The translations under genes and the position numbers were made by a program. A stretch of DNA of 47,181 nt, taken from positions 1 to 47,181 of the forward strand of contig JACCSP010000201.1 in assembly GCA_013812905.1 (NCBI GenBank), written 5' to 3'. Positions 30,401 to 38,955 of the stretch are shown here, one piece after another. A model generated the notes under the pieces. It was not told the DNA's origin. It made no database searches and worked only from the letters and a program-made list of their open reading frames with translations. How positions within the stretch are numbered: the first letter of the stretch is position 1; every line of letters starts with the position of its first letter. The DNA comes from Pyrinomonadaceae bacterium (GTDB lineage: Bacteria; Acidobacteriota; Blastocatellia; Pyrinomonadales; Pyrinomonadaceae).

Positions 30401-31243
30401 GCTAACGGCTATTTTCGCTGCCGACAGTTTGAAATTCTTTAGCCGTTTCGCCTCTTGTGTCTGTCTCTTATCCACACCGAAAATTGAGGTAAATTTCTCC
30501 ATTGAGTCGAGCTTTTCCATGCCGCTTTTCCCATATTTCGTTTTCTGCGAGCGCAACTCGCTGCCCGCGGCAACGTCCCAAACTTTGACGGAATCCCCGC
30601 TCGCGCTCGTTAGAGAGTGTCCGTCATCGCTGAAAGCCACAGCGCCGACGGGCAGTTCGTGCCCGCGTAGAACCCGCAGCTCTGCCCCCGTCTGAATGTT
30701 CCAGATTCTTACTGTATTATCTTCGGCCCCGCCGACAACGCCGCCCTGGGTAAAGGTCCATAAATCTCGCTTGTCGTTAACATCCCCGCTCCCCGAAGCC
30801 AATAATTTGCCGTCCGGGCTGACTGCGAGGGCGTTGACGTTACTCGCATGACCGTACAGCGTTCGTAAGACGTTTCCCGTCGCCAAGTCCCAAACTTTGA
30901 TCACGTTGTCTTTACCGCCCGAAACCAGCCAGCGATTGTCTGGGCTGAAAGCTACCGCGTTCAGGGATTTGGTGTGTCCAGTCTGAAGAATCAGCGCTGG
31001 TTTCTCGCTGGGAGTGGCTGGAGTTACTGGGGCAGATGTTTGCCGCGGGGTGGAAGGGACTCCGATCCCGCGTTTCTCCTGTTCTTTTCCTTTCGATTGC
31101 GCGATGCCGCAGACGGGCGCCCAGATCACTGATAGCAAAAGTATCAGTGATGATATTTGCCGGGGCAATAATAAAAGCGAAATATATGAGGCTACGCGTT
31201 TAACAGCAGAGGGGGCAGATGTTGACGGCCGAGTGCGAATCAT
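27497..31243 (-). CDS. WD40-repeat protein with C-terminal caspase-like (peptidase C14) domain and probable signal peptide
   Basis: Repeats such as GHTKSLNAVAFSPD and GHASNVNALAVSPDG; DWLVVTPDGLFDGS linker; LAIGVN, LRYAVADA; catalytic His in FAGHG and Cys in IDACNSG; GHGLLTYAL. Confidence 0.88.
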   Translation of the reverse strand: MIRTRPSTSAPSAVKRVASYISLLLLPRQISSLILLLSVIWAPVCGIAQSKGKEQEKRGIGVPSTPRQTSAPVTPATPSEKPALILQTGHTKSLNAVAFSPDNRWLVSGGKDNVIKVWDLATGNVLRTLYGHASNVNALAVSPDGKLLASGSGDVNDKRDLWTFTQGGVVGGAEDNTVRIWNIQTGAELRVLRGHELPVGAVAFSDDGHSLTSASGDSVKVWDVAAGSELRSQKTKYGKSGMEKLDSMEKFTSIFGVDKRQTQEAKRLKNFKLSAAKIAVSSNGQFAAVGQPDKAVKIYDAQSGREVRELAFKAIPEGENSSLAFSADARLLAFAKTSDTVSVQEAVTGRELYNVNTGFSKSPQRVQFSSDGRFFVTATDKGAGAATKLWDATTGQAIRELKTGGDALVGARVVSFSRDGSLIATVAAGAKAVRIIESATGSESRTLQTGTTDERTRVEQAAFIKAIDPKMMATLQKRDITTPEQIIEAVEAIGNISSEKLQAGGAVSFSPDGRFLISSQVLMKNLVTEVWDATAGTLARANDDAALRDRGKPRFSPDGRFRAAPFFPMKDAYDLSAGDILNLWSDDWDNVYKQKVDLYDGKSDKHLRTLDGGKAPNTGIVPAAGFSFDGKLVAMTGFEKKERSVLIYETEKGRRVNSFQINDDEQSGAVTTLCISADARLLAAGYATKIDIFEVASGRTLRTLPHAERVASLTFSPDGRFLVALGENNDKYIWDSSSGEKLATLVNLSGAFSSRGSDWLVVTPDGLFDGSPAAWKQILWQFGGNTFDVTPAETFFNEFYYPGLLAEVMAGKKPRAPKNIAQLDRRQPELKLITQNGQVGAASTTERNLTVKLEVAEKPADKDHNAGSGARDVRLFRNDSLVKVWRGDVLKGETATTLAANITVVSGENRLTAYAFNRDNVKSKDVTLRLTGAGSLKRPGTAYVLAIGVNSYSNPQYNLRYAVADAEAFGEEVRREQQQIANYERIEVAPLLNEQATKANILSALKRLAGIQETGPAGTPAALEKLKATQPEDAVFIYFAGHGTAQGHRFYLLPHDLGYAGERTGLDAAGLQVILEHSISDEELERAVEGIDADKLLMVIDACNSGQALEAEEKRRGPMNSKGLAQLAYEKGMYILTASQSYQAAQEASQLGHGLLTYALVEEGLKQATADSDPKDGEVWVREWFDYASSRVPSMQIHKMKQARDAGLNLSFIEGEDRGLGFEQRVTQTPRVFYRRELGERPLIVAKR

Positions 31244-31520
31244 AGAGATCTCCGAAGGATTAAGAAGTGGTGCTAACCTGAGATCAAGATCGAGATGCAG
31301 GAGAGATTAACGTCAGTTGAAGCAGACGGGACACGCACTCGCGAATCAGGCCTGTTGGGGGGTGCGGGAAACTTACGGCAACTGGAGGCCTAAGTCAACA
31401 ACGCATAATCTACAGTCTGACGGCTCACTCGCACTTTTGGTGGCGCCAGAAAAATGTGAGGGCTAGAAGCCGTTAGTGGATCTGCGCCTCATCTAGCATT
31501 AGTATCACCCCCAGTTCAAG

Positions 31521-34500
31521 ATGGAAAAAAACCAGGCCAAGAGAATCGAAGTCTCGAGTGATGCGGCAACGCGAATAGGGATTGCTCAGGAGTGGATCTG
31601 GAAGTATGCCGCCGAGACTGAGATATTGGTTATCGCGCATTCAGTGGAAGCTGCGAGTAGGCTTCATCTGGAGGTGGTTGGTGCGAAGGGTGCTTGGTTT
31701 GGGATTAAGCGATTTACCTTGAATGTTCTGGCGTCGCGGTTGGCGCAGGGTGCTCTGGCTGAGTCAGGAAGCGCGCCGGCCAGTAGTCTTTCATTTACTG
31801 CGGTAGTGGCGCGGGCGATTCATTCGCTCCAATCAGAAGGCAAGCTGAGTTATTTCGAGCCGGTAGCTACGCGGCCTGGGTTTCCGGTGGCAGTCGCAAA
31901 GACGCTTGAAGAGCTGCGGATGAATGAGGTTCATCCGAAATCGCTTGCGCGTCTGGCGCGCGGTGGTAAGGATCTAGCCGCAATCGCCGGCTTGGTTGAA
32001 CAGGAACTAAAAGAGTCAAAGCTATCAGACCGGGCTGCTTTATTCCGCGCAGCGATCGATTCGACCAGGTTGCCAGAAAGCGCTGCCTATCTTGGGCTGC
32101 CGTTGCTGCTGTTGGACGTTGCGGCCCGAAGTCGATTGGAGAGCAGGTTAATCCAGGAGTTGGCGGCTTCGGCTCCTGATGTTTTGGCTACGGTGCCGCA
32201 AGGGGACGAACGAACGATTACGTTGCTCGAGGAATCGCTTCGATGCACGAGGGACGACGGGACGGAACGCGGGGACGGGGGGACGGGGGAACACGGTCCG
32301 GCCTCTTCTTCTGATGAAAAACAGCGATCCACGAAACTACACCTAGAACGAAGCGTGCTTTCTGAAGCAGACTCTCCTTCTGAAACAGGCTCTAGTTCTA
32401 AAGCAGGCTTGAATTCCGAAGTAAGCTTTACCTCGGATGTAAATTCTCCTTCGAATGCAAACTCTCTATCGTTTGCTAAGCAACATCTTTTTGAGGACTC
32501 AACTCCTCCTCGCACGCCGCTGGATTCCAGTATTCTGCTGCGGAACTGGCCGGGAGAACCGCGTGAATCCGTTGAGATTGTGAGGAGCATTCAGGCTGAA
32601 GCTGCACAGGGCGTGCCGTTCGATCAGATAGCAGTTTTACTCAATTCTCCTGGGGAGTACAGATCCCACTTAGAGGAAGCCTTCAGTCGGGCTGAGATTC
32701 CCGCTTACTTCGTTAAAGGCACTACCGCCCCGGATCCCGCTGGGCGCGCGATGCTCGCGCTCTTGTCGTGTGCTGCCGATGGACTTTCTGCCCGACGATT
32801 TGCTGAGTACCTTTCACTTGGCCAAGTTCCTCAGCCCGAGGCGAGCAAAGATTTGGAGTCGGCCTGGGTTGGGCCAAGCGACGAACTAGTCGCAAGTGCA
32901 GTCGAAGAGGAAGCCGGGGAGATGGCGAGACGGGGGGATGGGGAGACAGGGAGACACGGGGATGCGGGGACGCGGAGACATGAAGATCTTGTCACTTCTG
33001 CCGAGCCAGCAGATTCGCCACTGACTGCTAATCCGGAGGACAGCGAGGTCATAGAAGGGGCTTTGAGGGCGCCGGCGAGGTGGGAGCGACTGCTGGTTGA
33101 TTCAGCAGTAATTGGAGGAAAGGATCGTTGGACGCGGCGGCTTGAAGGTCTCGCCAATGAGTTACTCCTGCGCATAAAAGAAACTGCGCCTGAAGAAGAG
33201 GCGAAGGTTGAGTCAATCAAGAAACAACTTCGCGACCTGGAAGCGCTGAGCGCTTATGCGCTTCCATTGATCGAACGGTTGGCTAGTCTGCCTCATAAAG
33301 GGAAGTGGGGTGAGTGGCTCGCGCATCTCCGCGAGTTGGCTGTGAACGCTCTACGCGAGCCGGAAGGCGTTCTAGCCACACTAGCAGACCTGGAACCAAT
33401 GGAAAGAGTAGGGCCGGTTGAACTTCATGAGGTCCAACTCGTTCTCGGCGCCCGGCTTCACGACTTAGGTGTAAAGCCGCCCCCACATCGTTACGGTTCT
33501 GTCTTTGTCGGTTCGGTGGACTCTGCGCGCGGGCTTTCTTTCCGGGTGGTGTTTATTCCGGGATTGGCCGAGAGGATTTTTCCCCGGAAGATTGTCGAGG
33601 ATCCAATACTTCCCGATCAGCAGCGGCGCGAGTCCGCGCTCGCAGGTCTCATGACGCGACGAGATCGAGTGGAATTCGAAAGGCTTGCTTTGCGGATCGC
33701 TTTGGGTGCGGCCCGTGAGCGGGCATACCTCTCTTACCCGCGTATCGATGTGCAGCAATCACGCCCTCGAGTTCCCTCTTTCTATGCTCTCGAAGCGTTA
33801 CGCGCCGCGGAAAGTGTTTTGCCAGGCTTTGAGGAGATAGCGGCGCGAGCCGAGTCGACGACGCGTGCGCGGTTGGGATGGCCTGCGCCGGAGCGGCCCG
33901 ACGCCGCCATAGATGAAGCCGAGTACGACCTGGCTCTGCTCACGAGTCTGGTGGAAGCAAATGATGAAGGTGCCACCGGTCGGGCGCATTACCTTCTGAC
34001 CGCTAATAAGCATCTTGCACGAGCGTTGCGCGCGCGGAGCCGCCGATGGCTACGAAGGTGGACACCAAATGATGGGCTGGTGGATCCGGACGAACTGGCG
34101 CGGCAGAGTATGGCGAGTCATCAATTCTCAGCGCGATCATTTTCGGCCACTGCGTTGCAGAACTACGCCAGTTGCCCGTATCGATTTTTTCTCAGCGCGA
34201 TTCTCCGGCTTGAAATGCGTCAGGAGCCGGCGGCAATTGAAGTGATCGATCCTTTGACACGCGGGTCGTTGTTTCACGAGACGCAGTTTGAGGTGCTTAC
34301 GAGTCTGAAGGCGGCCGGGATGCTGCCGCTCGTAGGGGCGCCACTCCGTGGGCGGCCCTTGGATGGCGAGGAGCGGCGTAAGTTAAACCGAGAAGAGGAG
34401 CGAACCTTGGATACAGAGGTGAGGCGGGTCTTCGATAGCGAAGAGTGGAGGGGCGTGCATCGGGACGAGGGTCGCGCCCCTACAACTGATTCGATAAGCA

Positions 34501-35207
34501 CAGCCTTCGATTTGGTTGATAGGGTTCTGGATCGGCTGGCGCGAGAGTACGAGGACAGACTTGCGCCAGCGATTCCGAAGGTTTGGGAGGATGGAATCAA
34601 TTCCATCAGGGCAGATTTGCGAGAATGGTTGCGCCGGATGGCGGACTCTGACGATGGGTGGGTGCCCGAGAAGTTTGAATTGTCGTTCGGCCTGACTGAC
34701 CGCGGGCCGCGCGACTCTGATCCAGACAGCGTAAGCGACCCGGTAGAGATCGTTGGCGATTTTAAACTGAGGGGCTCGATCGATCTCGTTGAGCGGCACT
34801 CAAGCGGGAGGTTTCGCGTGACCGATCATAAGACCGGAAAGGCCCGCGCCGACAAGGAGACAATTGTGGGTGGCGGAAAATACCTGCAGCCTCTCCTTTA
34901 CGCACTTGCCGCTCAGAAGGCGCTAAACGTGAGAGTTGAAGCGGGCCGGCTCTACTACTGCACCGCCGCTGGTGGTTATGAAGAACGCGTTGTTTCTCTC
35001 AACGACTTCACCCTGCAAACGGTCACAGCTGTGTTGACGACGATCAGACAAGGACTCGCGGATGCCTTCCTGCCAGCGGCTCCGGAAGAGGGGGCCTGTG
35101 GCTGGTGTGATTTCCTGGCAGTATGTGGAAGCCTTGAAGAAATTCGAACGCGCAATAAGCCCAAAGATCGTTTGGTTCAGTTGAGAGGTATCCGGGAACT
35201 GCCATGA
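31521..35207 (+). CDS. addB: AddB/RexB-like PD-(D/E)XK nuclease subunit with Fe-S motif
   Basis: ARGLSFRVVFIPGLAE, SATALQNYASCPYRFF, RGSLFHE, LRGSIDLVE, TDHKTG, QPLLY, terminal CGWCDFLAVC; immediately upstream of a UvrD-nuclease gene. Confidence 0.8.
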   Translation: MEKNQAKRIEVSSDAATRIGIAQEWIWKYAAETEILVIAHSVEAASRLHLEVVGAKGAWFGIKRFTLNVLASRLAQGALAESGSAPASSLSFTAVVARAIHSLQSEGKLSYFEPVATRPGFPVAVAKTLEELRMNEVHPKSLARLARGGKDLAAIAGLVEQELKESKLSDRAALFRAAIDSTRLPESAAYLGLPLLLLDVAARSRLESRLIQELAASAPDVLATVPQGDERTITLLEESLRCTRDDGTERGDGGTGEHGPASSSDEKQRSTKLHLERSVLSEADSPSETGSSSKAGLNSEVSFTSDVNSPSNANSLSFAKQHLFEDSTPPRTPLDSSILLRNWPGEPRESVEIVRSIQAEAAQGVPFDQIAVLLNSPGEYRSHLEEAFSRAEIPAYFVKGTTAPDPAGRAMLALLSCAADGLSARRFAEYLSLGQVPQPEASKDLESAWVGPSDELVASAVEEEAGEMARRGDGETGRHGDAGTRRHEDLVTSAEPADSPLTANPEDSEVIEGALRAPARWERLLVDSAVIGGKDRWTRRLEGLANELLLRIKETAPEEEAKVESIKKQLRDLEALSAYALPLIERLASLPHKGKWGEWLAHLRELAVNALREPEGVLATLADLEPMERVGPVELHEVQLVLGARLHDLGVKPPPHRYGSVFVGSVDSARGLSFRVVFIPGLAERIFPRKIVEDPILPDQQRRESALAGLMTRRDRVEFERLALRIALGAARERAYLSYPRIDVQQSRPRVPSFYALEALRAAESVLPGFEEIAARAESTTRARLGWPAPERPDAAIDEAEYDLALLTSLVEANDEGATGRAHYLLTANKHLARALRARSRRWLRRWTPNDGLVDPDELARQSMASHQFSARSFSATALQNYASCPYRFFLSAILRLEMRQEPAAIEVIDPLTRGSLFHETQFEVLTSLKAAGMLPLVGAPLRGRPLDGEERRKLNREEERTLDTEVRRVFDSEEWRGVHRDEGRAPTTDSISTAFDLVDRVLDRLAREYEDRLAPAIPKVWEDGINSIRADLREWLRRMADSDDGWVPEKFELSFGLTDRGPRDSDPDSVSDPVEIVGDFKLRGSIDLVERHSSGRFRVTDHKTGKARADKETIVGGGKYLQPLLYALAAQKALNVRVEAGRLYYCTAAGGYEERVVSLNDFTLQTVTAVLTTIRQGLADAFLPAAPEEGACGWCDFLAVCGSLEEIRTRNKPKDRLVQLRGIRELP
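32251..32468 (+). repeat. In-frame composite repeat segment in addB
   Basis: G-rich GGGGACGG-like octamers (32251-32296), GCGATCCACGAAACTACAC (32324-32342), and six degenerate 18-nt units (32361-32468) encoding SEADSP SETGSS SKAGLN SEVSFT SDVNSP SNANSL. Confidence 0.75.
32918..32981 (+). repeat. In-frame octamer tandem repeat in addB
   Basis: GGAGATGG CGAGACGG GGGGATGG GGAGACAG GGAGACAC GGGGATGC GGGGACGC GGAGACAT, encoding EMARRGDGETGRHGDAGTRRH. Confidence 0.85.
34332..34483. repeat. In-frame GTAG-family REP doublet in addB with internal 24-nt repeats
   Basis: Ends GTAGGGGCG (34332-34340) and CGCCCCTAC (34475-34483) are a perfect inverted repeat; the left unit continues CCACTCCGTGGGCGGCCCT; the interior encodes LDGEERRK LNREEERT LDTEVRRV FDSEEWRG. 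Confidence 0.8.
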
Positions 35208-35250
35208 GGCAGGAGGCAGGGGCAGACGGGCGGGGCAGGCGGCAGGGAGA
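35206..35250 (+). repeat. G-rich heptamer-like tandem repeat between addB and addA
   Basis: GAGGCAG GAGGCAG GGGCAGA CGGGCGG GGCAGGC GGCAGGG. Confidence 0.6.
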
Positions 35251-35259
35251 GCAAGCACT

Positions 35260-38200
35260 TTGAAGGACAAGTACAAGACGGCTGATCAGCCGGCGCGGGA
35301 CCGCATTTGCGACGACCTTGACACCACTTTGGTAGTTGAGGCGGCGGCTGGTACTGGCAAGACCACCTCGCTCGTTGAGCGGATTCTCTCCGGCATAATT
35401 TCCAGTCGCGTGAGCCTGGCGAAGACAGTCGCGGTTACTTTTACTGATTTTGCGGCGGGCGAACTAAAGCTTCGACTAAGATCTGCGATCGAGGTGGCCC
35501 GGCAGAAGTACGTCTCTTCACCACGGACAATTTCCTTACTGACCGGGGCTGTACAGGAGCTTGAGGAGGCTCGCATTGGCACTATTCACTCTTTCTGCGC
35601 CGATCTCTTGCGCGAGCATCCGGTCGAAGCAGGCATCGATCCCCTCTTCGACGTTGCTCCTGACGACTTAGCATATCCGCTCTTTGATTTGGCCTTCGAG
35701 CGATGGTTCGAAAAACAATTGGCCGCACCGGGCGAGGGAGTGAGGCGAATTCTTAGGAGGCTTCCCCGAAGAGAATTCGGGGGCAGGCGGAGTGGAACCC
35801 TGGCACGACGACCCCGTGAGAGTGGGCCAAAGCCGATCTTACGGACGGCAGCGTGGGCACTTGTAAAGGAACGCGATTTTACGACGCCTTGGAAGCTGTT
35901 CGAGGGTTTTGATCGAGAGCCTGACATTGATGCGCTGGTCCTTGAAATGGAGGAACTGGGTGAGTGGTCAGAAGTTGGTCATCCGGAGCAGTGGTTGAGC
36001 AAGTCACTTGGTTACCTGAAACGCTTCGTTTCGGAAATTACTCGTCTCGAGTCCCTCGGTAACCCTCGCGACTATGATGGCATTGAAGCGCGATTGTTTG
36101 GATTGCTTGGAGGTTGGGGACGGGCAAAAGATTGGAAAGCCTATTACGCCAGAGATAGTTTTCCCGCTGATGAGATAAGAAACCGTCGCGATGAATTGAA
36201 AGTTCGGGTTCAGAAGTTTGTCGACAATGCGGGAGCCGATCTCGCGCCGCGACTGCGTGAAGAACTTTGGCCGGTTGTTGACGAATTTGAGCAATTAAAG
36301 GAGCGTGCGGGGTATCTTGATTTTCTTGATCTACTGCTCCGGGCTCGCAACCTAATCCGGGACCATCGCGACATCCGCGATGCGTTGCAGCAACGCTTCA
36401 CTCATATCTTCGTCGACGAGTTTCAGGATACTGACCCCTTGCAAGCCGACATCCTGATGTTGCTTAGCGCAGATAATCCAGACGAGGACGATTGGCGTCA
36501 GATACGACCAGTTCCGGGAAAGCTCTTCATCGTTGGTGATCCTAAACAGTCGATCTACCGTTTTCGACGCGCGGACGTCGCTCTTTACCAGGAAGTTAAG
36601 CGGCAGATAGTTGCCTCAGGAGGCGCGTTAGTTGAGTTGAATGTTAGTTTTCGTTCCGGCCCGGAGATTCAAGAGGCTGTGAATGCCGCTTTTGCGCCAG
36701 TAATGTCAGATCAGTCTTCAACCCAAGCTCACTATGTTCCCCTCGCGTCCTCCAAAACCGTTCTTGATACTCAACCCGCGATTGTCGCGCTCCCAGTATC
36801 CCAACCGTACGGCGACTTTGGAAGGGTTGTTGATTGGAAAATTGACGAGTCGTTACCCAAAGACGTAGCAGCTTTCGTTGATTGGATGGTGAACGAGAGT
36901 GGTTGGACTGTTACTGAGCGGGAACGTTCAGAGCGGGTACCACTTCAGCCGCGACACATTTGTCTCTTGTTTCGGCGCTTGCGCCACTACTCCACTGACG
37001 TAGCCAGGCCGTATGTGCAAGCTTTGGAAGCTCATCGCGTCCCACATTTGCTCGTAGGCGGAAGCTCGTTTCATTCGCGCGAAGAGGTAGAAGCGATCCG
37101 CAACGCGCTCACTGCAATTGAATGGCCCAACGACGAACTCGCGGTCTTTGCGACGCTCAAAGGGCCCCTTTTCGCCTTCACCGATTCGCAGTTGCTGACC
37201 TATCGCAGTCGGTGCTCGACGTTGCACCCTTTCAAGCAACCACCCGATGATTTGGCGCTGGGCGACCCGGTCGCTACCGCTAGTGGTTCTCACGAAGTTA
37301 CTGATGCACTTGGGATCTTGCGAGAGCTTCATCGCCAACGGAATCGACGCCCGATTGCTGACACGGTGGGAACCCTTCTGGCCCAGACACGCGCGCACGC
37401 TGGATTTGCCAACTGGTCCACCGGTGAGCAAGCACTCGCGAATATCATGCGTGTGACTGACATGGCGCGCCGCGCGGAGCGCAACGGTTTGATATCTTTC
37501 CGGGCGTTTGTCGACTGGCTTGATGAAGAAGCTGAGAGCGGGGACATCGGCGACGCCCCCATTATGGAAGATGGAGTCGACGGCGTTCGCATCATGACCG
37601 TACATAAAGCGAAGGGGCTTGAGTTTCCTGTCGTAGTGTTGGTCGACATAACGGCGAAAGACTCGCGCGAGCCGTCCAAGTGGGTCGATCAAACATCCGG
37701 ATTGAGTGCGATGAAGCTTGCAGGCTGCACTCCGATCGAAGTCCAGGAGAATGCAGAGGAAGAGATGAGGATCGAAAAAGAAGAGGCGGCACGCGTGCTT
37801 TATGTGGCTGCTACCCGGGCGCGAGACCTCCTCGTGGTATGTGCAGTGGGAGACGTTGCATACGAAGGATGGTTGGCGACACTGAATCCGGTGTTGTACC
37901 CGGCAGAGGACATCTGCTTCAAACCGCGATCAACGCAACCTCCGGGCTGTCCTCAGTTTGGTAACGACAATGTAGTCGCGCGACCGCAAAAAGCAGTGCG
38001 TCGACGTGGGTCTGTGAGTCCTGGCCTCCACCGGCCGAAAGCTGGTAAGCATCATGTGGTCTGGTGGGATCCGGCGGTACTTCGGCCGATTAGTCAGGGC
38101 CACACCAGCTCGAGGTTGACGGAGTTTCTCAAAGAAGATAACAACAAGGTTCGATCAGAGGATGGAATTCGAGTCCATGCAGAGTGGCAAAAGCAGCGCG

Positions 38201-38826
38201 CTAGTATTCGCGAGGTAGCGAGCAAACCGGAATGGAGAGTCGTAACTGCGACTTCGCATGTCGCAGTGCCACGGGACGGTGAAAAGAAAGACCTTGATCC
38301 CGAAGCCTTGGTCGCGTCCAAAACCACGGCAGTTGGTGAGGTCGCAGTTGAATCGATAGAGATTGATTTCTCCAGACCGCACGGAAAACGGTTTGGAATC
38401 CTGGTTCACGCGGTTCTTTCTGTCGTACCGCTCAATTCGAACCATGATGGGATCGCAGACGTCGCCCGGGCTCAGGGGCGAATCCTAGGCGCTAGGGAGA
38501 ATGAAGTTGTCGCTGCGGTGGAAACGGTGCATCGTGCTCTTCGTCATCCTCTAATTCAGAGTGCGGCTGCCGCGGCGAAAGTGGGGCGATGCCGGCGAGA
38601 AGTTCCGGTTGGCCTCAAACTCGACAACGGAGCGATGGTTGAAGGCGTAATTGACCTTGCGTTTCAGGAGCAAGGGCCAGACGGGCCATGGACGGTGATT
38701 GATTACAAGACTGACTTTGAGGTCAAAGGCAGGATCGAGGAATATCAGAACCAGGTTTCGCTCTATGCTTTAGCAATTTCTCGCGCGACTGGGAAGGAAA
38801 CCCGGCCTGCCTTGCTCAGGCTGTGA
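35260..38826 (+). CDS. addA: AddA/RexA-like UvrD superfamily helicase-nuclease
   Basis: VEAAAGTGKT, AVTFT..AAGELK, IGTIHSFC, VDEFQDT, VGDPKQSIYRFRRAD, MTVHKAKGLEFP, LYVAATRARD, C-terminal GVIDL..IDYKTD..QVSLY nuclease. Confidence 0.88.
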   Translation: MKDKYKTADQPARDRICDDLDTTLVVEAAAGTGKTTSLVERILSGIISSRVSLAKTVAVTFTDFAAGELKLRLRSAIEVARQKYVSSPRTISLLTGAVQELEEARIGTIHSFCADLLREHPVEAGIDPLFDVAPDDLAYPLFDLAFERWFEKQLAAPGEGVRRILRRLPRREFGGRRSGTLARRPRESGPKPILRTAAWALVKERDFTTPWKLFEGFDREPDIDALVLEMEELGEWSEVGHPEQWLSKSLGYLKRFVSEITRLESLGNPRDYDGIEARLFGLLGGWGRAKDWKAYYARDSFPADEIRNRRDELKVRVQKFVDNAGADLAPRLREELWPVVDEFEQLKERAGYLDFLDLLLRARNLIRDHRDIRDALQQRFTHIFVDEFQDTDPLQADILMLLSADNPDEDDWRQIRPVPGKLFIVGDPKQSIYRFRRADVALYQEVKRQIVASGGALVELNVSFRSGPEIQEAVNAAFAPVMSDQSSTQAHYVPLASSKTVLDTQPAIVALPVSQPYGDFGRVVDWKIDESLPKDVAAFVDWMVNESGWTVTERERSERVPLQPRHICLLFRRLRHYSTDVARPYVQALEAHRVPHLLVGGSSFHSREEVEAIRNALTAIEWPNDELAVFATLKGPLFAFTDSQLLTYRSRCSTLHPFKQPPDDLALGDPVATASGSHEVTDALGILRELHRQRNRRPIADTVGTLLAQTRAHAGFANWSTGEQALANIMRVTDMARRAERNGLISFRAFVDWLDEEAESGDIGDAPIMEDGVDGVRIMTVHKAKGLEFPVVVLVDITAKDSREPSKWVDQTSGLSAMKLAGCTPIEVQENAEEEMRIEKEEAARVLYVAATRARDLLVVCAVGDVAYEGWLATLNPVLYPAEDICFKPRSTQPPGCPQFGNDNVVARPQKAVRRRGSVSPGLHRPKAGKHHVVWWDPAVLRPISQGHTSSRLTEFLKEDNNKVRSEDGIRVHAEWQKQRASIREVASKPEWRVVTATSHVAVPRDGEKKDLDPEALVASKTTAVGEVAVESIEIDFSRPHGKRFGILVHAVLSVVPLNSNHDGIADVARAQGRILGARENEVVAAVETVHRALRHPLIQSAAAAAKVGRCRREVPVGLKLDNGAMVEGVIDLAFQEQGPDGPWTVIDYKTDFEVKGRIEEYQNQVSLYALAISRATGKETRPALLRL
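37264..37293. repeat. Single arm of the CCGGTCGCT..CGCT..GGTTC palindrome family, in frame in addA
   Basis: GACCCGGTCGCTACCGCTAGTGGTTC matches 41097-41122 at 21 of 26 positions (all mismatches are transitions); encodes DPVATASGS. Confidence 0.7.
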
Positions 38827-38955
38827 ATTGTCCCCTAGGCTGGCATGCTATTTTTACTGAAACTGCATCGGTACGTTGCCATAGTATACCCTGCCGCTGT
38901 TGTTGTAATCTGAATTAACAGCTCCCGCTTTAGTTTTTAGCTTTAAGGTGGATCC

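Noticed and set aside
36928..37692. Long antisense or alternate-frame ORFs (for example 36928-37692, 23820-24491, 15438-16079, 3975-4595, 41094-41567)
   Set aside because: They overlap well-supported genes and show no motifs; expected shadow ORFs in moderately GC-rich DNA.
27497..38826. Caspase plus helicase/nuclease as an anti-phage defence system
   Set aside because: The helicase-nuclease pair has the standard AddAB layout. The caspase gene is divergent and seems exported. Nothing links them beyond adjacency.
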